NCBI GenBank assembly: GCA_951406725.2
Contig: OX597831.1
Span: forward strand, 35,464,001-35,528,000
Reading direction: 5' to 3'
DNA: 64,000 nt
From: Octopus vulgaris
Taxonomy: Eukaryota
Shown here: positions 39,017 to 53,064 of the stretch, one piece after another
Layout of the letters: the number at the start of each line of letters is the position of its first letter
Numbering within the stretch: the stretch's first letter is position 1
Translations under genes and position numbers: made by a program
The notes under the pieces: generated by a model
Database searches by the model: none
What the model saw: the letters and a program-made list of their open reading frames with translations, nothing else
What the model was told of the DNA's origin: nothing

Positions 39017-39647
39017 CATATATATAAATGTATATATATATGTTCTCATAGTGCTTTAAAGCAATCACACTTAGTAGCTGTACCAAAATCCCTTTCTTAT
39101 CTCAAAATTGTCGCAGTTGAACACTTGAATACATAAATACATACAGCTTTTCTTTTCTGTTCACTTTTTTTTCTTTATTTGAAGAATATGTGAAACAAAA
39201 CAAAATTCGAAAAAAAAAAATTAGGAAAACAGTAATAAGAATAGTCATAAAAATAGAATAAATATAAAATCATTTATAAACGAAATACAGAATTTTAAAA
39301 AATGAACATGAAAAGAAAAAGAGAATGAGTGAAAGCAGGAATTCTATTGAAGTTGGATTATGGACAAGTATTTATTTAGAAGTTTTTAGGTTTAGTTTAA
39401 AGTTTTTGAAATACCAGGGTAAAATTGGAAATTTTCCCTGAGTTGTCTTTTTCATTTAGAACTTATATAGTTAAATGCAGGCTGTTGTGACTATGTAAAA
39501 AAAAAAATCTTTTTTACTGAGTTGATATGATGCCTGTCATGAGAAGGAAAATAGTTAGCGCCAGTGATAATTATTCAAAAATAAGAGCAAGGGATATAAT
39601 TCAGAAATTTAAATTGATAAGAAATGAAATGACGGTGTACAGTAGGA

Positions 39648-39923
39648 ATTCTTACACTTTTGATCCCTAGAGTATATTGGCCAGGATACTGGGGTAGGTG
39701 GCCAGGTCTTTCCCCAGGCCAGAGCTGTTTAGCCAGCATACTTACCATATGCTGTTGCCACCCCCAGCACCATGGTGAGAAACCCGCTGGCTTGACACCA
39801 TCAAGAGTGATACCAGAATGGACATAGCCAATCTGAAAGAAGCGGCCCAGGATAGAACTGACTGGAGGACACTGATCCAGCGAGTAACCGAGAGTCGACT
39901 TCGACTGAGCGGATAGATAGATA
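39648..39923 (+). mobile_element. RTE (BovB-like) insertion with 5' inversion and 11-bp TSD
   Basis: TRWLDTIKSDTRMDIANLKEAAQDRTDWRTLIQRVTESRLRLSG* + (GATA)n. TSD GTACAGTAGGA at 39637-39647 and 39924-39934. The inverted part looks like an RTE 5' UTR. Confidence 0.82.
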
Positions 39924-40339
39924 GTACAGTAGGAGGGTTTGAGTCTGATCTCTGGTAGATATGGTGATAACTCCAGTAATGTTTCAGGCTTATTATACCT
40001 CCTTAGTAAAGTATAGTCCCATGCATACTCATTGGAACTTAGAATGACTTTGAGGGGGTGGGGGTTCTAGCTTTTTTTGTGTGAACATTATCTAGGATGC
40101 CAACTATATGAAACAGTGGTCAAGTGAGCATTAACCTGTTTAAAAGAGTTAGTGAAAAATGTTAGTAAGTGGTATTTTCACTGCATGGTATAAGTAATGA
40201 CTAAAAGGACCAGAATCTGAAAGGTCAACCAGCTGTAAAACCCTGGTACAAACATGTCTTGTCCAACTTACACCAGTATTAAAAGTGGACATAAATTGAT
40301 TATTATTGTTGTTGTTGATGATTGTTGTTATTATTGTAA

Positions 40340-40397
<58 letters not shown>

Positions 40398-40597
40398 AAG
40401 CCGTGAGCTGGCAGAATTGTTAGCATGCTGGACGAAATGCTTAGTGGTATTTTGCTCATCTTTGTTCTGAGTTCAAATGCTGTCAGGGTTGACTTTACTT
40501 TTCATCCTTCTGGGGGTGAGGGTGGGGGTGATAAAATAAGCACCATTTGAACACTGGAGTCAATTTAATTGATTTATCCCCTCCTGAAAATTGCTGC

Positions 40598-41012
40598 CAT
40601 TCCTTCATCACCTTTTTCAGATTTCATTTGGAAAGGAAGATGAGAGTGAAGAGAGAAGCGCTGCCCTCCACCCAATACATTTGCCCGAAGGTGGGTGAAT
40701 GTAGTGAAAATGGTCTGTGTGAGTGGACCTACTCTAATAATGCATCTGTAGGCTTTGTAGAATTTGAGAGGGACAAGGGTGCCCTTGCCGGGTACCCTTG
40801 ATGCATCAAGTGTTTCAGGATTGGTGGGGTACCTGAGCCAACCCCAGGTGGTTACCCCCACTCCTTTTAGGGAACTTCCATTTTTATATTCTCCTTGTTT
40901 GATATTATTGTTATCGTTTTGTGTACTTGTTGTTTCTTACATAAACCCCCCCCACTGTCCATGCCTACTGTATTGTCTCCTATTTGTCAGCCCTGGTGGC
41001 CAATAACTGAAA
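40598..41012 (+). mobile_element. L1/Tx1-like LINE 3' end
   Basis: FITFFRFHLERKMRVKREAL..RWVNVVK resembles the Tx1-clade ORF2 C-terminus (recalled). Pyrimidine-rich 3' UTR, then (ATT)n. Confidence 0.55.
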
Positions 41013-41027
41013 TTATTATTATTATTA

Positions 41028-41079
<52 letters not shown>

Positions 41080-41283
41080 CATTATTATTATTGTTGTTGT
41101 ATTAAAACTCACAACTTATATTGCTGGGTATGATGGGAAGTGTCAGCTGTCCACAGCCAGCAGATTAAGGTGACACTTGTTTTACTGGTCATGTTTCAAG
41201 AACCCTGCAAAGAATTCTTCTTCTTCTTCTTCTTCTTCTTCTTCCTCCTCCTCCTCTTTCTTCCTCCCCCTCCTTCTCCTCCA

Positions 41284-42222
41284 GTGGTGAGCTGGCAGAA
41301 TCATTAGCATGCTGGTCATAATGCTTAGCGGCAGTTTTTCCTTCTTCACATTCTAAGTTCAAATTCTACCGAGGTTGACTTTGCTTTGCATCCTTTTTTG
41401 AGTTGATAAAATAAGTACCAGTTGTGCACTGGGGTCGATGTAATCGACTTAACACCTCCCATCAAATTGCTGGCCTTGTGCCACAATTAGAAAGGATTAT
41501 TATTATTGGTTAGTGGTAGAATTGTTAGCATGCCGGACAAAATGCTTAGTGACATTTCACCTATCTTTATGTTCTGAGTTCAAATTCTACCGAGGTCAAC
41601 TTTACCTTTCATACTTTCTGGGCTTGATAAAATAAGTACAAGTCAAGCAACAGGGTCAGTGTAAGCAATTGCCCCCAAAACACAAAATTCCAGGCTTTGT
41701 GCCTATAGTACAAAAGATTATTATTATTAGTAGTAGTGTTAATATTAGTCCTTAAGGTGGTGAGCTGGGAGAAACGTTAGCACGCCAGGCGAAATGCATA
41801 GTGGTATTTCATCTGTCTTTATGTTCTGAGTTCAAATTCCACCAAGGTTGACTTTGCTTTTCATTCTTTCGGGGATAGATAAATTAAGTACCAGTTGTGT
41901 ACTGGAGTCGATCTAATCAACTGGTCCCCCTCCCCAAAAATTTCAGGCCCTGTGCCTAGAGTAGAAAAAAATATTTATTAATTGCTAAGGTGGCGAGCTG
42001 GCAGAATTGTTAGCATACTGGGATAAAATCCTTAACGGTATTTTGTCTGCCATTATATCCTGAGTTCAAATTCCGCTCAGGTCGACTTCGCCTTTCATCC
42101 TTTCGGGGTCGATAAATTAAGTATCAGTTATGCACTGGAGTCAATGTAATCGACTTTATCCCTTTGTCTGTCATTGTTTGTCCCCTCTATGTTTAGGCTC
42201 CTATGGGCAATAAAGAAATAAA
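41284..42222 (+). mobile_element. Head-to-tail array of four SINE family A copies
   Basis: Heads GGTGAGCTGGCAGAAT at about 41284, 41508, 41755 and 41988, separated by short ATT-rich tails. Similar pairs at 50303-50780 and 52772-53270. Confidence 0.85.
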
Positions 42223-43597
42223 TACTATTAGCTCTTAAGCTAGTAGTTCCAACTCCATGCTGGAAGTACAATACTAACTTTTGTTGCTCAAAATTTCAAC
42301 ATTATCTCCCTTTACCTTGATTTAATGTAATTAAAACTTGCTAATGAGATTATGCTTATCTTCCCTTCTTTAATAACGTTTTAAAATTCAGATTACTCTG
42401 TCTTAAATGCAATGCTTATTTATTTGTATTGTTTTGAATTAATCATGTCTTATCTTCTAACTTCAAGATTCTGATGATGTGATTGTTTCTTTTTAGAATT
42501 ACATTGTAGGTTAGGTATGAGAGGTCAAATCTGACTGGTTTGAACATGAAACAAGTAGAATATTTGGGTTGAATATGGCCAATTTAAATGATAAAGAGAT
42601 AGAGTTTATTTTAATTAAATCAAATTAATCTCTTTTTGCTCGTGGCATTAAATATGGCAGCATTTATCTCAGCTTCAAAATCAGCTGGCAGGGGAATTAA
42701 TGGCGACTAATCCAAAGAGATATTCTTCAGTAACATGTCAGTGCTTTGTAATTAATATTGATCTTGTTTTTCTTATCCAGGCACTAAAAAAAAATGCCAA
42801 ATAGTTTAGGAGGATGGTACTGTTAATTATATTGATTTGCAATATAACCCTTTCTTGTGCCATCAATTGCACAAGATGACTCTTATCTCCCTTGGTAACC
42901 ATATTAGTAAGTACAAAGTGCTTATTACAGAGTTTTCATGACAGAACATAAGGATGGTTTCCAGCTGTTTTTTTTTTTTGTTTCCTGGTGTATAATTATG
43001 AGATACCAATCTTTTTGGCTGTTGTCAATCCTGAGAGTGTGTGTGAGAGAGAGAGGGAATGATGGTTCCTTTTGAAATTTTACAATGTATAGCTGGTACC
43101 AGTGGGAGAACGACAAGAATTCTGTTTGGTAAAGTGAATGACTGAAAGCCCTGTGGATGTTGATGGTCTTGATCTACTCTCAAACTTGTGACAGGTGAAA
43201 TAGGTCTCTCCTCTCCTGACTGGAGGTGGTTGTATATTGCAGCCTTTGTGACACGACAAATGCATGGTGCCATGTGAGCCACCTTTGGTAAGAAGAGCTG
43301 TTGATGTGGGAAAACAGACACCCCTCATTGTGCCAAAATTAGAGAATTAGGGTGGAAGAGAAAGAAGAAAAGAACTAAGCTGAGTATTTGAGAGGCACTT
43401 TATTTATTGACTGCAAAAGATGAACAGCAAAGTTGACCTCACCATATATTTGAACTCTGAAAAAAAAAAAACCATAGCTAAGTCCTTTTATCTGACATTC
43501 TACAAGTCTTGCATTCCACCTTTTCTGTGATTCTGATATTAAAATAAAATATACATGCAATTTATTTAGATGAGTGTGTTTCATTTTTCTGTGTTAG

Positions 43598-43693
43598 ATT
43601 CCTGAAAAGGTGGCTGATTTTAATCCCTACAAGAATAATTTGTGGCCCCATAGGTTGTTTGTAAAGAAAAGGTTTATTCAAGCTGTACATAAG
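43598..43693 (+). CDS. CFAP221: CFAP221 exon H (IPEKVADFNPYKNNLWPHRLFVKKRFIQAVHK)
   Basis: ttag acceptor, AAG|gtaagc donor. Resembles recalled PTFDPLINNTWLSRSRAQKRFQQVARK. Confidence 0.88.
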
Positions 43694-44173
43694 GTAAGCA
43701 ATGTTGTCAACATTACTATATTACTGTTATAATGAACTAATATCCTGTATTTATACATATGCACACACATGCACATACTTATATATTTATGTTTTATGAT
43801 TTCATAAACACAACAATACTAATAGCCAGTATTTATAACTCCATATACATAGGCTTTAGAGTAAAGTATAAGGCGAGTACAGACCATTATGTTAATCAAT
43901 GAATGATAAAGAAAGAAGAGTTATATCATTATGTAATCTTCATTAGCTTACTGTTGTTTCTGCTGTAACAAGCTGTGTATTCAGAGCTGAGAGCTTCAAC
44001 AAAATCTTATAGCACCCTTGGAGCTGGTTACAAAGAAGCTATGTGTTGTAGAAGCACACAGCTTTGAGTGCTTGGGCTTATTATTGCAAAAAACAACTGC
44101 AAGCTAATGAAAGCGATTATGCAAGTCCTGTTTTCTTGGCATTAATATATATATAAAATATAATATATATAAG

Positions 44174-44225
<52 letters not shown>

Positions 44226-46210
44226 GTAAAGAAAATGAGACGACAATGAAGAAATGATTATCTTATGTACATACAGTTGTTTCTGCTATCAGTGTATACA
44301 CATACACACACACATGCACACACACGCAGCCTAACTCAACCCGCAGAAGTAGATGGAATATTCTCAGTGGCTGGGGACAGTATGAAAGATTGTCAGTGTT
44401 GCTGTGACAAACAAGAAGAAGGAGGAGGAGAAGGAGAAGAGATAGAAGAAAGAAAAAAAGGAAGGAGGTGGTGCAAGAAGCCAAAGAAGAAATATAAAGA
44501 AAATGAATTTAACAGCAAAAAAATAATTAAGAAAAAGATTTAAAAAAAACCCACCTTGCCAAATTAGTTTAGTAATAAAGTGTAGTAGCAGTAGTAGTTA
44601 TTGTTGTTGTTGTTGTTGTAGAGGAAGGTGAAATGGAAGAAAAGAGACCTAAGATAGAAATTGAGAAAACGTTATAAGACTTATTGAGTTTAAGAATGGT
44701 TGTTGGAATTAATTGTAGGTGAAGTTTTTTGATTTGGTGTTTGAACAAAGGGAATTATGTAAATGGTACACCTACGACTAATTTTTTTTTAATATTGTTC
44801 TTTTTTGCCTTTTTCTGAGGTTGTTGGAATGTCTTTTTTTTTTGTTTTTGTTCAGCTAATCCATTAAATTAACTGAACACTAAAGATAAGTAAATATGTA
44901 TACATACACACATATATGTATATATAATATATGTATATGTGTGTATACATGTATATGCATTTATATATATCTATATCTATATTATATATATATATACATA
45001 TATATATGCGTATGTGTGTGTGCATGTATATATCTAAAAGTATAAACATACATTTATATGTATATATATGTGTTTGTGTGTGTGTATGTGTGTATGTATT
45101 TACATATATATATATTTATGCATGAATGTGTATGTATATATATATATAAATTTAATTGGAGGATATGTTAATCTAATGAAGGGATGGTTGCATCCAAGGA
45201 AATACTGGTTCAATACCTAGTATTGTTGGGGAATGAAGTTCCCTTAAAACAATAGGGTTTATATTAAGCATATAGTTTATATCCAGTTAAAAGAAGAAAA
45301 GAAAATGGAGATTAGGAAGTTAATAATTGTTTATTATTAACAAATTGGTCATCTTCGTTTCTTACAACTGATGCCAGTACCATCTGATTGGCACAGGTGA
45401 CGGTGGAATGTAAAAAGCACCATTCAAGCGTGGTTGATGCCAATGCTGCCTGACTGGCCCTCGTGCTAGCAGCATGTTAAAAGCACCCACTACACTCTTG
45501 GAGTGGTTGTTGTTAAGAAGGGCATCCAGCTGTAGAAACTTTGCCAGATCAGATTGGAGCCTGGTGCAGCCTTCTGGCTTGCCAGTCTACAGTCAAACCG
45601 TCCAACCCTTGCCAGCATGGAAAGCGGATGTTAAATGACTACGACGATGATGATGATGCTTCAGTTAATAATCTAATTACAAATCTGAACATTTAATTTT
45701 CATTTATATGACATGAGCATAATTTCATCAGAGTAAAACGAGATGTACTTTGAGATGTCATATGTGGACCTATCAATGCATTTCAGCAGACTAAATATTA
45801 TGGTTTATAATTTGTATTATTATATGCTCGGGTGAAGGGTTTACCGATTGATTAGAATATGATTAGGGGTTAAAGTAAAGTAAATAAAACTTGAACAATA
45901 AATGAAGTAAAATTAGAGATGACGGAGGAAAGATAAATATAAATCAGATAAATTTATAGTTAATGAAATGAATAAAATATTCATTTATAAGGTATAAATA
46001 ATATTATAAAAAATGATATATGTATATATACATATATATATATACACATGTTCACACACACACACATACATATATACACATACACACATATATACACACA
46101 CACATATATCTATACATACATACATATATATATATACATATGTATTCGTACCCATCACCCCTACAAATGAAATTAATATCTCCATTTTCTTTTCTTCTTT
46201 TAATTGGATA

Positions 46211-46245
<35 letters not shown>

Positions 46246-46904
46246 ATATATATCTATATCTATCTATCTATATATATATATGTGTATATATATATATATA
46301 ATATATATATATTTTAAATGATTAATACAGAAGATGGAAGGTAACTAGGAGCTTTTATTAGCACAACTACCATTTTGGTTTCATTCTGCACTGCTCCCTA
46401 GTGGGTGTCGAATGATGTAATAACACCAGATGCAATGCATGGGGCAGGAGAGCCTCATCAGTTGATGTAAGATGTTTCGCAAGTTCCCAGATTTACTTTC
46501 TTTTTCACTTTAAGTTATTCGCTGGTGGTGAGATGCCAGTTGTTCAGATGGATTTGGGAATGTGAGGAAAATGCTGTTAGGAAGAAAATAAAAGAATAAA
46601 AACGCAAAGTGTCTAACATAAATAGGGGTAGGTTTTTTTTTATATTTGTGGTCAAGAAGTCATTGCTAAAAAATAAAAAGTAAAAATTACAAAGAATCTA
46701 ATGTAAATGGGGGAGGTGGTTAATGGAGTGGGGGTGGGTGCCAGGGGTGTTTATGTGGTTAGAATGAATGGCTTTAGCATACATAAGCCATTATATATAT
46801 ATATAGTTCAGTAAAAATTTTGATTCATTTGAATATGCTACTTAAGTTAAAGGCACCAGAATTTGGTATGGTATTATCCATATAATTCAAAATGGGGTGA
46901 TTGG

Positions 46905-47032
46905 AATCAAAATAAGCAACAAGGATATCCAGAGGTAAAGCAGTATGATCGTTTCATGCAACTCCATTAAATGGAGTTGCATGAAACGATCGTACTGCTT
47001 TACCTCTGGATATCCTAGTTGCTTATTTTGAT

Positions 47033-47033
<1 letters not shown>
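46905..47033. repeat. Near-perfect 129-nt palindrome (64-bp arms, 2 mismatches, centre 46969)
   Basis: Direct inspection. Part of a (TA)n-flanked island starting about 46805. Confidence 0.92.
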
Positions 47034-47103
<70 letters not shown>

Positions 47104-47739
47104 ATATGTATGTGTGTGTATGCATATGTATGTATATGTATGTATATGTATGCATATATATATATATATATTGATATATATGCATGTATCTATATATGTA
47201 TATATATGTGTGCTATGTGTTCATATACTTCTCTCTTTCACTGTCTCTATAAATATATAATATATATATAAAGATAATATATAATATATATATATATTTA
47301 CATTTATATATTTGTATGTGAATGTGTTTTGTATATCTAATCTGTTTGCATTGATTTGTATACAAATATCCAAACATACATATCTGTAAATACATGCATA
47401 TATATATATGTATGTATGTATATATGTATGCATGCATGTATGTATGTATTTATGTACTTATGTATGTATGTATGTATGCATGCATGTATTTATGTATGTA
47501 TGTATGTATGTATGTATGTATGTATGTATGCGTGCATGCATGTATGTTTATGTGCATTCCCCAAAATATTCACTCTTGTTTACCTGCTTGGCCTCATATT
47601 TTTTAGGTGCGACTACTTGCACATACAAACAAATACACAAACACACAAGCAAACAATCACAGACACATACTGACAAACATGTATACACACACACACACAC
47701 ACACGTACTTGCATTTAAATGTGTTAAACCATTTTTCAG

Positions 47740-47833
47740 GTCATCATACAAAACCGATACTCACAAAGGCTGAACAATTTGAAGGACATTGTTGAAAAAT
47801 GGAGGCCTCAAACATTCATACCAGATTCCATTG
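47740..47833 (+). CDS. CFAP221: CFAP221 exon I (VIIQNRYSQRLNNLKDIVEKWRPQTFIPDSI)
   Basis: tttttcag acceptor, G|gtttgt donor. VIIQNR parallels the recalled VMIQGR. Confidence 0.83.
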
Positions 47834-48865
47834 GTTTGTTGATTACCTATGTCTTTACAATACATGCAGTATGAATGGCAACATCTCTACTGCTGCTACT
47901 GCTGCTGCTGCTTGTCTTCTCCCCCACCCCCGCCTGCTCATTCTCCCCCTCCACTTCCTGCTGCTTCTCTGCCTTCTGGAGCTGCTGCTGCTGCTACCCC
48001 TCCTCCTCCTGTTACTGCTACTGCTGCTGCTTGTCTTCTTACCCCTCCTGCTCATTCTCCCCTCCTGCTGCTGCTGCTTCTCCCCCTCTTGCTGCTTCGC
48101 CTCCTCTTGCTGCTTCTCTTCCTCCAGCTGTTTCTCCTCACCTAGTCCTCCGCTGCCTCCCCCTCCCCTTTCCCACCCCCATATCCTCTCTCCCCCTCCT
48201 CCTCCTCTTCCTATTCCTCTTGCTGCAGCTCCTCCTCCTGCTGGTGCTAGTGCTGTATTAATAGTAATAATAATCCTTCTTACTACAGGGACAAGGCCTG
48301 AAATTTACATACCTGCGACATTATGTGCATGTCATCCATCAATTATAGTTATTATGTAACTCTGGGCCTCTTTAAACAGCTGTCGAGATTAGACATTACA
48401 TAATTTTTTAATGTATATATTTTTTTCTGTATCTTATAGTCTATATTTTCTACTCCATATGAACATATGTCTTAAGTGTAACTGTGTTTATCTCCATTAC
48501 CCCTGCCATAGCAGCTCCATCTGGATTTCTCTTAAAACCACTCAATACTATGCACCTTGCCCTGGATGAAGAAGTTGTCATTTGAGCACTACTCTCTGTT
48601 ATCTATACTGAGCTTGTTTGATGCTCACCAACTCACTGTATATATATTCTTTTCATTTTACTTGTTTCAGTCATTTGACTGTGGCCATGCTGGAGCACTG
48701 CCTTTAGTCGAGCAAATCGACCCCAGAGTTTATTCTCTGTAAGCCTAGAACTTATTGCATCGGCTTCTTTTGCCAAACTGCTAAGTTACGTAGACGTAAA
48801 CACACCAGCATTGGTTATCAAGCGATGTTAGAGGAGACAAACACAGACACACAAACATATATGCA

Positions 48866-48905
<40 letters not shown>

Positions 48906-49072
48906 TATTTGATGGGCTTCTTCCAGTTTCCGCCCACCAAATCCACTCACAAGGCTTTGGTCGGCCCGAGGCTATAGTAGAAGACACTTGCCCAAAGTGG
49001 CACGTAGTGGGACTGAACGCAGGACCATATGCTTGGTAAGCAAGCTACTTACCACACAACCACTCCTGCACC

Positions 49073-49122
<50 letters not shown>

Positions 49123-49573
49123 TTAGATGCAGTGTGCAAGAGAGATGATTGTGCTTGTTTAGTCATATGATGTATATGGATGTTGATAGTTGCATAAAAA
49201 AATGCCAATCATTCAAAGTGGATGGAACTTGTGGAAGAGGGAAACCCAGGAAGACATAGGACAATGTATTTGAAGGCCACTCTCAAGACACTGAACCTTA
49301 TGAGGGAGATGACAAAGGACCAAGGTATTTAGTACCTTGCTGTACCCAAGAAGACATGTCCGCCACATACTAGTACCATGTTAAAAGCACTGGTGCTGGT
49401 GCTACATAAAAAGCACCAAGTACATTCTGTGGAATGGATGGCATTAGGAAGGGCATCCAGCCATAGAAACCATACCAGAACATGCAATGGAGCCTGGTGT
49501 GGCCCATAGCCTTGCCAGCTCAGGTCAAGCTGTCCAACCCATGCCAGCATGGAAAATTGGCATGATGATGATG

Positions 49574-49614
<41 letters not shown>

Positions 49615-51962
49615 AAGCCAAGTGAGTGCTTGAGAAGAGCCACCAAGCCAAGTGAGATCATAGTCATGGCCATTGATAGTGTCGCATAACTGGTACGTAA
49701 AGAGCATCCTGCAAATACTAGGTGATATGCTACGGTTGTGAAGACCTGTCAAGTTGAGCAAAATTGTAGTCCTGGCTTATGCCAGTACTGTCTGACTAGC
49801 ACCTGTGCCAGTGGCATGTAAAAAAACACCCTCTTTACACTTGGAGTGGTTGGCATTAGGAAGGGCATCCAGCCATAGAAACCTGACCAAATCAGATTGG
49901 AACCTGGTGCAGCTCCCCAGCTTTACTAGTTTCCAGTCAAACTGTCCAACCCATGCCAGCATGGAAAATAGATGTTGAATGATGATGATGATGATGATGA
50001 CAATGATATATACACATACACACACACACACATATGTGTGGAGTCACAAACTCATTCACCCATGTTTGTGGGTGCACAGACACATACACACACATACATG
50101 TAATGTGCAGTTTCCATCGGATGAATTCTCTCACAAGGCATTGCTCAGCCTGAGTCTATGGCAGAAGACACTTGCCCAAATTGCTGTGCTGTGGGACTAA
50201 ACTTGAAACCGTATCACCGAGGAACAAACTTCTTAATCTCACATCCATTCTGTGCCTATATTAATTAACCCCTAGTACTTTAACTGGCCCCAATATTCTG
50301 TAGGGTGGTGAGGTCAAAGAATCGTTAGCATGCAGGGCGAAATGCTTAGCGGTATTTCGTCTGTCTTTATGTTCTGAGTTCAAATTCCTCCAAGGTCGAC
50401 TTTGCTTTTCATCCTTTTGGGGTCAATAAATTAAGTACCAGTTGCAAACTGGGGTCAATCTAATTGACTACCGACCCCTCCCCCCAAATTTTGGGCCTTG
50501 TGCCTAGAGTAGAAAAGTATATTAATTAACCAGCCCTAATATTCAGTAGGGTGGTGAGCTGGTAGAATCGTTAGCACATGGGGTGAACTGCTTAGTGGTA
50601 TTTCATCTGTCTTTGTGTTCTGAGTTCAAATTCTGCTGAGGTTGACGTTGCCATTCATCCTTTCAGAGTTGATTAAATAAGTACCAGTTCCACACTGGGG
50701 TCGATATAATCGACTTAATCCCTTTGTCTGTCTTTGTTGTTGCCTCTATGTTAAGCCCCCTGTGGGAAATAAAGAAATAGATATTCTGTGTGTTTTATAC
50801 TAAGATTGACCAGATCCAACCTCTCACATCCTCCCTTTGAATACCATTCTAAAAATATACAACCACTGAGACCCTTGGTGATATGCTGTGCTTAAGAAGC
50901 CCCATCAAGCCAAGTGAAATCATAATTGTGGCAGATACTGGTGTCACGAAATTGGAACTCATGCCGGTAGCATTTAAAAGCACCCATGACATTCTCGGAG
51001 TGGTTGGCATCAGAAAGGACACCCAGCCATAGAAACCATGCCAAATCAGATTGGCGTCTGGTGCAGCCCCTCAGGTTACCAGCCCTCGTCAAACTGTCAA
51101 ACCCATGCCAGCATGGGTAATGGAATTTAGATGATCATGATGATGATCATGATGATGATGATGATCTTCATCATCATTGAAATGCTGAAGTTACAAGACA
51201 ATACAGAATTAATTCCAAACAATGTGAATTAATAAGCATTATATTTCACTAAAAAATCTGAATTCTAAAGGGTTAATTAAATATTTTCCTATTCCTAACT
51301 ATAACAGCGATAATATCCTTAGCTTAACTGTCATTTTTTTACTTGCTGGGTCGTTAGGTGGGAGGGGTCGGGGGGTTAGGGTTGGGGTCAGAGTCAGTTC
51401 CTTCGAGACATTAAGGAGAAAAAGCTGTTTCTCATATCAAAGCTGAGAGAAATCTGGAAGACAAGACCCAGCACTGAAGCACTTGCAGCAACTATTGCAA
51501 CTGAAATAAGAAGAACTGCAACAAAGAAAATGGCTCAGATGCAACCTATTTAGCTATTATTAAACATTGTGGATATGGTGCAAAAGCTGTGACTTCACTA
51601 ACATCACCACCACCACCAAGAACCACTACCACCATAAAAACAATTAATGTTGATTCTTTATTAATTTATTCATCAACATCCTTAAAGATGCCAGTAGCTT
51701 CATTTTTTTTCTTATTTTTTATTTTTATTTCTATTTGTTTTTGACAATTTTTATTTATTTATCTTTTTGTTGGATGGATTTTAAAGTCTTGCTAGTAAAT
51801 TATCTCAAGATCTTTTAAACTGTTAATCACATTTCTTCTGTACAAATGTATGTAATTATCTACTTAGAGACAATTGAGAAATCTTGAAAGAAAAATGAAA
51901 AAAAAAGACAAAAAAATGTTATGAAACAAATTTAGAGAAGTGTTCTTAAAAGCTTCTGTCTT

Positions 51963-51964
51963 TC

Positions 51965-52016
<52 letters not shown>

Positions 52017-52076
52017 GACAATAATAATAAGAGTAATAATAATATAATGAAAGATAATAATAGTTAATAATAATAA

Positions 52077-52115
<39 letters not shown>

Positions 52116-52635
52116 TATAATAATAATGATAATAATAAGAGTAATCATAATATAATCAAAGATAATAATAGTTAATAATAATAATAATAATAATGATAGT
52201 AATAATAAAAAGAGTAATATTAATATAATCAAAGATAATAATAGTTAATAATTATAATAATGATAATAATAATAATAATAATAATAATAAGAGTAATAAT
52301 ATAATCAAAGATAATAGTTAATAATAATAATAATAATAATGAGTGACAATAATAATAAGAGTAATAATAATATAATCAAAGATAATAATAGTTAATAATA
52401 ATTATAATAATAATAATAATAATAATAATAGTAATAATAATAATAATAATAATAATAGTAATAATAATAATAATAATAATAACGATAATAATAAGAGTAA
52501 TCATAATATAATCAAACATAATAATAGTTAATAATAATAATAATATCGATAATAATAATAAAAAAAGTAATATTGATATAATCAAAGACAATAGTTAATA
52601 ATAATAATAATAATAGTAATAATAATAATAATAAT

Positions 52636-52700
<65 letters not shown>
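51963..52700. repeat. (AAT)n-derived higher-order minisatellite
   Basis: Recurrent unit AAGAGTAAT(C/A)ATAATATAATCAAAGATAATAATAGTTAATAAT embedded in (AAT)n. Confidence 0.85.
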
Positions 52701-52977
52701 TCAGCAATTTTCCTTTCCTCCTCCTCCTCCTCATCATCATCATCATCATCATCATTATTGTTAATCGATTGAGCTGGCTGAAATGTCAGCTCACTGGATG
52801 AAATGCCATGTGATGTTTCATCTGTCTTATGTTTTGAGTTCAAATCCTGCTGAGGTTGATTTTACCCTTCATTCTTTCCTGGTTGATAAAGTAAGTACCA
52901 GATGAGCACTGGGGGATGTGATGTAATTGACTTCCCCCACCTCCTAACTTTCAGGCCTTATTCCTATAGTACAAAGA

Positions 52978-53010
<33 letters not shown>

Positions 53011-53020
53011 GTTATTGTTA

Positions 53021-53064
<44 letters not shown>

